A stretch of DNA of 20,000 bases from an uncultured virus (IMG/VR IMGVR_UViG_3300027973_000060) (taxonomy: Duplodnaviria > Heunggongvirae > Uroviricota > Caudoviricetes). The stretch is from IMG/VR virus record IMGVR_UViG_3300027973_000060; one strand, 5' to 3'. Shown piece after piece: positions 1 through 9,200 of this stretch; within the stretch, counting starts at the first letter, position 1, and each line of letters begins with the position of its first letter. The notes under the pieces were generated by a model. It ran no database searches. It was not told the origin of the DNA and saw nothing but the letters and a program-made list of their open reading frames with translations. The position numbers and the translations under genes were made by a program.

Positions 1-111
1 ATTGCAGAAAAATTCAAGAATTTTAAGTACGTTGCATTTAGGAGAAATGGTGGGAAAATGAAAACATATAATTTTGATAGATTCACAGAACTCATGAAAG
101 TTGGTGCATAA
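1..111 (+). CDS. 3' end of an upstream phage protein (partial, ...IAEKFKNFKYVAFRRNGGKMKTYNFDRFTELMKVGA*)
   Basis: Frame 1 is open from base 1 to TAA at 109-111, which overlaps the next ATG (TAATG coupling). Confidence 0.7.
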   Translation: MAEKFKNFKYVAFRRNGGKMKTYNFDRFTELMKVGA

Positions 112-587
112 TGGGTGGATCACCCTCTATTCCGTCACCGCCTCCCCCTCCAGACCCGCGAGAGGTGGCTCGGGCTAATGCTGAAGCCTATAGGATGAAC
201 ATTGATACTTACATCGAAAAGTCTCCAGCAATGGCAGCTTTAGAAAACAAACTTCGCATTCAGTATCTACCCCAGCAACGCTCGCTAGAACGCCAATTGT
301 CAGCCTTAGATCAGCAAGCTGGCGTACAATCTGGAATGCAACTAGAGCGTCAATATGGTCCGCAGAGGACTCTGGAAGGGTTGCGCAGATCGTATGAACA
401 AAGCCCACAAGCGTATGCCCTAAACCGAGGACTAGGCGATCAAATGACTAAGCAGTTCGAACGTCTTTACGGAACTAGCCCCTATGGCTCAGTTGAGCAG
501 AATGTAGCGTTTAACCGCCAACCAGGACCAGTTGATTTTTATGGAACAGTTGGAACGAACATCAGCAACCCAGAACTAAAGGCTTAA
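111..587 (+). CDS. Putative internal virion/ejection protein (158 aa)
   Basis: The MGGSPSIPSPPPPPD N-terminus and Gln/Ala-rich helical body are typical of podovirus internal virion proteins. It is first in a run of ejection-type genes and coupled to the upstream stop. Confidence 0.65.
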   Translation: MGGSPSIPSPPPPPDPREVARANAEAYRMNIDTYIEKSPAMAALENKLRIQYLPQQRSLERQLSALDQQAGVQSGMQLERQYGPQRTLEGLRRSYEQSPQAYALNRGLGDQMTKQFERLYGTSPYGSVEQNVAFNRQPGPVDFYGTVGTNISNPELKA

Positions 588-588
588 T

Positions 589-2313
589 ATGGGGAATCAA
601 CAAAAACCAAGGCCAACAAGATACAGGATCAATAGCAATGGAGACATTGAAACAGCAGATGTAAATCAAAGCGGGATTTACAATTATGACAAATATGGAG
701 GGGAATTTCCATACACAAACATAGCTGATGTTCAGAATGAAATTTCAAGAAGGCAAAATGCCAATATTAAAAATCTTCAAGACACCTACGAAAAGCGTCT
801 TGCTGAAGTTACTAGCCAAGAAAACACCCGCAACTCTCTTGCCTCGCAAATCCAGGCATTAACTGCTGGAGGCTTGGGAATGCAAAATCCTAATGCTGGT
901 CCAGAGTTTAACCAGGCCTTATCACAACTTTCTGCTGGTCGTAATTATGGATCGTCTGACCTTGGCTCAATGCTAAACTTCCAAGTATCCGACAATCAGA
1001 TCGTTGATGATTACAATAACTCAAAGTTATCCCGCCTCAACAGCGTGATTGAGCGTGGCAACACGCAGATTGCTGGTATTACCGAAAGGCTTAACTCTGC
1101 CAACAAACTTCTTGCCGATCTTCCCGCTGGCGATGCTAGGCGTACTTCTTCAGAAGTATTCATCAAGCAACTTAGCAATGACTTAAAAAGCGTAACTAGC
1201 GCAGTTACTGACGCGCAGGATATGCAAAAGAATTTCACTCCGATTACGATGGACAGCCCAGAAGGGTTAAAAGAGATCACGGCATTTAGATCATTTGTTC
1301 AATTGCCCGAAGAACGCGCTTCTCAGCAACTTTATCAGATTGATCCGGATTCTTATCGTACCGCGGTTAGCCTGGGCCAACAGTACAGGGATATGGCTAC
1401 TCAACCGCTTGGGCCCACAACCACTCCAAAGACAGAGCAACTTCGCGCCACAATTGAAGAAGAGGCGATGAACCAGCTTCGGCTTGGATCTACGATTGGT
1501 GCCGAAGAACTTCGCGGGTACGAGCAAGCAATCCGAGGGGCTCAAACTGCCCGGGGCAATATTTTTGGCCTTGGACCAGCAGTGCAGGAGGCCGCGCAGA
1601 TTGGCGCAGCCGGGGAACAGCGCAAACTGGCTCGGTTCGGGGCTGCGCAACAGTTCCTTGGATCTGGCGAAACTACTGGCGCAGCAAGGGCTCGCGATCT
1701 TTTACTTCGTGAAGGCGTCAAGCAGAACAGGCTCGGGGCCGCGGCTGGATTCATTGCCGGAGGGCCTAGTATTGGAAACCTGGCTCAAGCAAGAACAGCA
1801 CAACAGCAGGGCGCGATGCAGGGCTATATCCAAGCGAACCAATCTCTTCCTGGTGGGTTTAATCAGCAGGCATCTACCGCTGCGCCTTTCTACCAAGCAG
1901 TTGATCAAAACATTCCTGTCGCCCTTACTCAGGCGTTTAATGATCTTTATCGCTCGCAAGCCAATTACCAGGCCAGCACATACGGAGCCCAAGTTGGGGC
2001 GCAGGCCCAGGTTGATAGCGCGAATTCATTGCCTAACTATCTTTCCGCCGCCGGAGGCATCCTTGGAAAGGTTTCTCCAGGAGGCATATTTGGTGGATCT
2101 GGTGGTGGGCCAATTTTCTGTTGGGTCGCTAGAGAAGTCTATGGAGAAGAAAATCCTAAGTGGCTTCAGTTCCGCGAGTGGATGCTAACCAAAGCGTCCG
2201 ATAATCTAAGAAACTTCTACACTGAGTATGGGGAAAGAATTGCGGAATCGATACGCAACAAACCAAAAATCAAGTCCATCATCCGCAAATGGATGGACAG
2301 CAAGATAGGATAA
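589..2313 (+). CDS. Putative DNA ejection/pilot protein with C-terminal CFI-box-CTERM-like domain (574 aa)
   Basis: Q/A/G-rich coiled-coil composition and a Gly-rich linker (GGIFGGSGGG), followed by CWVAREVYG...FREWM...FYTEYGERIA...IIRKWMD. Confidence 0.7.
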   Translation: MGNQQKPRPTRYRINSNGDIETADVNQSGIYNYDKYGGEFPYTNIADVQNEISRRQNANIKNLQDTYEKRLAEVTSQENTRNSLASQIQALTAGGLGMQNPNAGPEFNQALSQLSAGRNYGSSDLGSMLNFQVSDNQIVDDYNNSKLSRLNSVIERGNTQIAGITERLNSANKLLADLPAGDARRTSSEVFIKQLSNDLKSVTSAVTDAQDMQKNFTPITMDSPEGLKEITAFRSFVQLPEERASQQLYQIDPDSYRTAVSLGQQYRDMATQPLGPTTTPKTEQLRATIEEEAMNQLRLGSTIGAEELRGYEQAIRGAQTARGNIFGLGPAVQEAAQIGAAGEQRKLARFGAAQQFLGSGETTGAARARDLLLREGVKQNRLGAAAGFIAGGPSIGNLAQARTAQQQGAMQGYIQANQSLPGGFNQQASTAAPFYQAVDQNIPVALTQAFNDLYRSQANYQASTYGAQVGAQAQVDSANSLPNYLSAAGGILGKVSPGGIFGGSGGGPIFCWVAREVYGEENPKWLQFREWMLTKASDNLRNFYTEYGERIAESIRNKPKIKSIIRKWMDSKIG

Positions 2314-2317
2314 CTTT

Positions 2318-3283
2318 ATGGCAGGACCAAGAGCTTTATTCCCATTTCCATCTCAGGCCGAAGAATACAGAAAAGAAGATGCTCGCCAGGCGATGGAAGA
2401 TCAAGATCGCGCGCTTAGAGTTGAGATGCTCAAGCAAAAACTTTACCCCGAGCAAGAAGCAAAAAGAGTTGGTCAAGCCCTCATGGCATCGAGCGATCCT
2501 GTCGAACAGGCTGCGCTAATGAATAGGCTGGCAGAGACGACAGGAACAAGGGCAGCGCCCGGCACAAGCATCGTAGTTCCCGCCGGACTTTCAGAAGAAC
2601 TTGTCGACGCCTACGTCGATCGCCAGGTCAACAAGGTTAAGTACTACAAAGAAAAGGCGATGATGGAGCAGGACCCGGAGAAGCGAAGAATCATGATGAA
2701 CGTCGCTGACGCCGGGGAGAAAGCCCTTGTCGCCAAGGGTAAGGAGTTGACGCAGGCAGATTTTGCGTTTGAGTCAAACATCCGCGAGGCATATCGCATG
2801 GCAGACGAGCTTGAGAATACTGTAAAAAAGTACGGAAATTTTGAAACTGTTGACCCAGATGGGTCCGCAACACTGAAGCAAATTCCATACCTATTCGCAG
2901 TATCTCTAGCGAAAGTTCTTGATCCTGGATCTGTAGCAAGAGAAGGCGAAGTTGAGGCAGCCAGGAAGTTTGCCATCCCAATGGGGACAACTCCTGTATC
3001 TGTTGGATTCAACAATCCCCTCACAGGGCCAACCACGGCAACGACGCTCGCCGCGATTAAGAGCATGAGGACAAGACTGAAGGCAAGGGCCGAAGACTAC
3101 AAGAGCATTGCTGGAAGAACCGTTGAATTGCCCAAGTCGAACTTGGACGATCAATCGCAGGGCCAACAAGCCGGGCAGGCTGGGCAACAGCAGATGCCGC
3201 AACAACCCGCACAACGTCCAATGAGTCCTACCGGATTCGGCGGATACGATCCTCGCACTCGCAAGGTAATTCAAAACCGCTAG
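2318..3283 (+). CDS. Putative internal virion/ejection protein (321 aa)
   Basis: Long ORF between ejection-type genes. It has a KVLDPGSVAREGE motif resembling those in phage internal virion proteins and a Q/P-rich tail. Confidence 0.6.
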   Translation: MAGPRALFPFPSQAEEYRKEDARQAMEDQDRALRVEMLKQKLYPEQEAKRVGQALMASSDPVEQAALMNRLAETTGTRAAPGTSIVVPAGLSEELVDAYVDRQVNKVKYYKEKAMMEQDPEKRRIMMNVADAGEKALVAKGKELTQADFAFESNIREAYRMADELENTVKKYGNFETVDPDGSATLKQIPYLFAVSLAKVLDPGSVAREGEVEAARKFAIPMGTTPVSVGFNNPLTGPTTATTLAAIKSMRTRLKARAEDYKSIAGRTVELPKSNLDDQSQGQQAGQAGQQQMPQQPAQRPMSPTGFGGYDPRTRKVIQNR

Positions 3284-3289
3284 TCGGTC

Positions 3290-6200
3290 ATGGCCGACGA
3301 AATCATCCAGGATCCATTGGAGGCAGCAAATTATTTGCTGCGCCAGTACCGCGACAATCCGAATTTTGAGTTTACGCAAGAAGAAGCGTCGCTAGTTCAT
3401 AGCGCCTACGGTGGGGGAGTTTCATTTGTAGACTCTAAGCCTGTCATGGACGAGGCGTCGACCTCGTCATTCCTAAGATCTCAAGATGAATCAGATCCTT
3501 CGTTCATAGCTAGCGAAGAAGAGTTTTCGATTCTCAAGGCTACTGAGCCTGGAGCAATCAGCAGAATTGGTGCTGGAATGACCGGGGCCGCGGAGTATCT
3601 TGGCCCTGTAATCAAAGAAGGCATCCCGGAACTAATCAAAACGGCATCGATGCGCGAGCCGAGGCCGGGCGATCCTTCACTTCCAGCTACATTGCTAGAA
3701 GCCGGGGCCAGGGGAACTGTCGACCTTGGCACAATGGCAGTCGGAGCATCTAAATTTATTGAAAAGGCTCCGTTCATGGTGGCTGGAGCGCTTGGAATGC
3801 AGGACGACTACAAGTCCTACCTAAACCAAAAGACGATCGACCAAAACTACCAGATGCAGGCGATCGACAAGATGAACGCCGAAAGAGCCCAGGGCAAAAG
3901 CATTGTCGGATTGCCGGAAGGGACGTTCGCACCAAAGGCCGCGGAGGCCGCGAGCATGGTCCTAGATCCGACGCTCGCAGTTCCATTCATTGGGCCAGGA
4001 GCGAAGGCGGCAGGAATTGCCGGAAGAGGATTAGGCGCCACAACTAAAATCGCCCGGGGGATTGAGACCGCGGCCCGGGCAACAGGCGGAGCCATTGATC
4101 TTGGAGTCGAAAAGGTTGGGCAAGGTATCCAGCGCGTTCTGCCTGGCGTAACTGCGCCAAAGACTGCAGGAGCAATCGCCACAGGAGCGGCCGCAATAGG
4201 TATCCCCGGGGCATTTCCAATTGGAGCTAAGATAGCCGGGGTTAGGGCTGGAGCAGAGGTTGTGGAGCGCGGAGCCCAGGCAGTCCGGATCGCTGGAGAA
4301 GAGGCGATGACAGGACCATCCAGGATGACCGTCATGGAGCGCGTCGCGAAGAATCAGAAGAATCCCGAGTGGCTTAGAAAGGCCGCGAACACATCGATTG
4401 TATCTTCTCCGATCACGCAAGGGGCCGCGGAGCTTGGCCTGGAGACAGGCAAGGGCGCTGTCAAATCTGCGGCCGTCGGCGCAGGGTTGGGCTATGTTGC
4501 GTCTGGAGGAGAGGAAGAGGGTATCGGTGGCGGATTGGTTATTGGGAGTGGTCTTGGCACGATTGGAGGAGCGGTCAAGGGAGTCGCAGCGATCCCAGCA
4601 AAGAAGGCGCTTGCCAAGCAGGGTGACGTCAACAGACTTTTCGCAAGGCAGGCGGATCTTGGCCTAGACGTAAACAAGATTGCCGACTATGTCCGCAAGG
4701 ACAATCGCCCATTCCTAGACGCCGCGACTCTCCAGATGATGGCGCCCGACGTCCAAGTTGAATTCCACGGTCGAGACTCGTTCATGATGCCCGAAAATGC
4801 TGGGATCAACGCGGCCGGAGTTGTCAAAGCAGTTCCAGATAAGTCAGGCACGACAAGGCTCCTAGTAAACATGGACGACATGCGGTCCTCCGGGGATACG
4901 GTTAAGCATGAGATCATGCATGCCATCATGAAGTCTCCGGCAATTAATAAGGCTGAAGGTCGGATGGCAGTCATGTCAGAATATGGTGAAGAGGGCCTGC
5001 GCAGATTTGGAAATGAGTACGCCAGGAAACTTTTGGAAGGCGAGCGCCAAGGCCGGGGCACACCGACCGAGGCCGAAATAAGGGCAAAGGCAAACGAGCT
5101 CCGAGAAGGATCTCAGCGGTCCGAGCCTGGGGCCGGGGATCTTGATTGGATAGCGGACGAGGTTCTGGCAGAACAGTTTGTGGGCGAGTTCCGCGGGAAG
5201 GATTTAGATTCTCTGCGACGCAAGACCCTCCCGGGCACAGATCTGCTCTCGCTCCAGGAAGGATTCTTAGCCCCTGTTGGCAGGCTCTTGAATAAGTTTG
5301 GGATCGACACAACCGGGCCTAAGCCGACGAATATTGATACTCTATTCAAAGACAATCCTCTTGTTCCGTCTAAACAGCTTCGAGAGTTAACCTCAAGATG
5401 GTTCCGGGACCGCGACAAGTATCTTGACGGACTAGAGAAGGCAGAAAAGCAGAAGGACGTGACGCTAGTCCCGGGGCCAGGAAACAGAAACCTGGCTAAC
5501 AATCCAGCAATCCAATTTACTCGCAACAGAAAGACAAATCTTGAGGAAAACGATTTTGCGGTAAGGTTCCCGGACGGTACTGTTCGAGCCAAAGACCCGG
5601 CATCGATTCTGGCAGTTGACAAGGCCCGGGTGGCAGACGTTGCCAAAATGTACGACCCCAACGCGGTCCTGGAGCGCGGGAGCCCTGAGTTTGGCGTCAA
5701 GATTCAGTCCGATGGCAAACCATACGTCGGTGGCAATACCCTCCCGGAGGGATTCTTTAACCTCGACAGTTTTAACGATTTCACGAAGGAAGTAGCCAAG
5801 ACCCTCCAGGACAGCCGTCAGGAGGGTAAGACATATTCTGTCTGGTACCAAAAGATCGGCACAGGCGAGGATGGGAGTTGGGCTCAGTCTGTTAAGCGCG
5901 GACTAGGCAACATTAAGGTTGGACAATCCGAGATCGCGTTCTTGGGTTGGCGCCTATCCAAGGCCGGGAACATCTTGGCTCAGGCAGTGGACATATCTGC
6001 TCTGCGCGGTCGCATGCTTGATTTTGCCAGGAGCGGAAAGGGCCGGATCAATGAAGTGTGGGGTGGAGACCTGTCGTCTTACGAGAAGGACGTCATGCAG
6101 TACCTGGACAACCATGCCAACGAAAGACCAGGCGAGACAGGGATCGGCATCGATAAGCGCAACGCGATCAACTACCTATTCGGCATCACAAACATTGCCA

Positions 6201-9200
6201 ACAAAAATGCGAATCCCATGTACGTAGCCGAAGGGCGTCCCCCGGGGAGCCTGGTCAAATCCTATCGCCTGGACCGTATTGCTAACTCTCGCGATACCGG
6301 GCGTACAGGATTCTTCTTTGACTACCAGAAGCAAGCCGCGAACTTGGCGCCTGGAGACGTGTCACTCCAGAAGGCTATTCGCGACAAGATGCCAAGACTT
6401 GCCACTCCAGAGCAAGTAAAGGCAATTATTAAGCCAGGCCAGACCCGCGGGGTAAACGAGGAGGATGTTAAGTGGTCAGGAATTAATGAAGAGATTGATA
6501 GGCTTGCAAGTGAAAACGCAGGGAAAGTACCAAGAGATAAGCTGGAAGAATTCCTGGCTGGAAAGGGCAAGGTCCAGCTTGAAGAGACAAGATACGGTTC
6601 AGCAAAAGGCTCAAAAACTGCCTTAAACGAGCAGGATATTGCAAGACTGAATGAGCTTGAGGTCGCAGATTCAGCTAATCCACTGGGAGGAATGGACGAC
6701 GAGATGGGCGATGGTGCCTACGGTGAAATGATGGACTTGCAGAATCGTCGCGACAATATTTCTACATCCAGCCAACTCACAAGGATGGCAATGGCTGCGG
6801 AAGAGGAAGCAAGGGCTTTCCTAAAGAATTCTCCAACAAATCTTGGAAAAATTGGTGAAAGCAAGGTTTACGAAACTTTTGATCGCATGATGAAAAAAGC
6901 AGAGCACTTGAACGCAAGGGCAGAGCAATTTGATAGGGCATCAGTGTCAGGGAATGCGCCAAGGTTTGGTGGGTTCACAATTCCTGGCGGGAAGAATTAC
7001 AGAGAAGTTGTGCTGTCCAGGAAACAGGACCAAGGAACAAAAAGAAAAGGTGCCTACAGAATTGAATTTAAGAACGCAAAAGATGCGGATGGTTTCCTGA
7101 CAGACATAAGCGCAGCCGGATTGGATGAACTTGATTACGGAAGAATTAGTGGCGAGGACATATCAACGAATGACAGGGTCGTTGAGTTTAACGACACGGT
7201 GACACAGGAAATTGTTGACCTTGCAAGAGCATACGACGCGAAACTTCCAAATGAGTCAATTGAAAAAGCATACATTTCAAAGCATTACCCAAAGGTTACC
7301 GACTATATCGCGCACATGCGTTTGGACGAAAGGCCCGATTCTTTTGGTAGAGATGGATTATTCATTGAAGAGATTCAAAGCGATAGGCACCAGGCGGGAA
7401 GAAAGTACGGATATAAAGAGGATGATAATCTTGTAAAATTAGAAAATGAATTCAGAAAGAAGTACGGTGATCCCATTGAATTTGACAAGTTAAGCAGAGA
7501 GGATCAAACGAGATGGTACAGGGCCGAAGGAGAGAGCAAAATAGATCCGTACAAAAGCGTCCCGGACGCACCGTTCCGGAAAGATTGGCCGATTCAAATG
7601 TTCAAAAGGGCCCTGGCCGAGGCAGTTGACTCAGGGAAGAAATGGATCGGATGGACAATTGGCGCGGAACAGCAAGAGAGATATCCTGGCATGGCAGGGA
7701 GTAGCAAGATGGGAATGGCAAAGTTTTATGACGAAATGTTGCCATCCGAGATTGGCAAGTACATGAAGCAGTATGGAGCCCCTGTAGAGAAGTCATCCAT
7801 AACAAACGACCGCTACTATGTAATAACCCAGGATGGCAGGACGTTGCCAATGGATGGCGAGAAAAGCGCAATGGAATCAAGGGCGTCTAATCCTGGGTCA
7901 AGAATTGTAGAGCCAGATCAAATCCCAATGTGGAAAATTGACATTACCCCAGAGGTTTTCGCCGGGGTTCGCAAGATGCAGGAGATGGAGAAAGAGTTTT
8001 CCGGGACCGCTAAGACTGAGCCAAAGTTTACTAGCCTAATCGGTGGCGAAGAGCAGAAACAGTTTGCTCCGGCTAGCCAAGCCGAAAAGAAAGACGAAGA
8101 GTTTTGGGTTAGCCAAAGGAATCCAAAGGCAGTTAAGGCGACAGAGAATCCGCTTACCGAGAAGCTGACGATTGGCCTAGACGTTATCCTGAAGGACAAA
8201 GAACTAGCTAAAAAACAGGCGGACCTTGTTAAGAAGTACCCTGGATTTAGCCCAAAGAGCAAGACCACCGAAGGGGTTCTCGGGGAATTCGTCGATCACG
8301 TTAAGGGCAATCTTTTGTATCTTTACGACTCATTCAAACCCGAGCTTAGGGAGCAGGCCAAGAAGTGGTACGACGGAGCCAGAAAGATTTCCGAGGAGTG
8401 GTCCGGGAAGTATGGGACCGAAACTAGGCAGAATGCAGGAGTGCTCGCTGTGCTATCCCCGCAGAAGGATTGGTTTATGAACGTGTCGCTTGCGGACAGA
8501 GTAATTGACATCAACACAAACAAATCCAAAGAGGTGTTTTCTCAGGAAATGTTTAACTGGTTAAAGTCTGACCCCAAGAGGGGCATGCTAGTAAATTCGG
8601 CGAGGAAGAATCTTCTCGGCAAGCGCTACAGCGAGGTCAAGGATTCGTTCGACAAGGCTATCTTCCTGCGCGCTTGGGACGAGGTCAACAATTCTAGATC
8701 CTTCGACGTCTATAACCCAGACGGAAAGATATTAGGCAAGAAGCTCAACGATGACGGAACCGAGGGCAAGGTTGGTTGGGGGTCATTCTCGCAGATTGAG
8801 AAGGGGATTAGTATTCTTGAGAACGGAGCCAGGGAAAACATTCACAACCAGCTTGGCGAGGAACACAAGGTCAGAAACTTCTTCAACAATATCCTCCAGC
8901 CCAATTCCAAGTTCGGAGACGTTACTATTGATACGCATGCAGTCGCGGCCGGGCTACTCCGTCCCTTGTCCGGCGGGTCTACAGAGGTGCTTCATAACCT
9001 TGGCGGAGGCCCCTCCTCTAAGATAGTTGGAGCGTCTGGCACCTACGCACTATTTGCCGAGGCTTACAGAAACGCTGCGAAAGAGCGCAAAGTACTTCCC
9101 CGGGAGATGCAGAGCATTACCTGGGAGGCAATCCGGGGCCTGTTCAAGCCAACGTTCAAGGGCCAGGCCAAAAATAAAGAATTTGTCGACAGCGTCTGGA

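Noticed and set aside
1484..2188. 234-aa alternative-frame ORF inside the 574-aa gene
   Set aside because: It has an R/S/L-rich shadow composition, no SD and no motif; the main frame is clearly the coding one.
3481..5851. Several long minus-strand ORFs opposite the giant gene
   Set aside because: These are antisense shadows of GC-rich Ala/Gly codons, with no start signals or protein-like features.
7212..7436. Possible second nested gene in the giant ORF
   Set aside because: It overlaps the most conserved-looking motifs of the main frame and has a non-ATG start; unlike 9231-9452, the host frame is not degenerate here.
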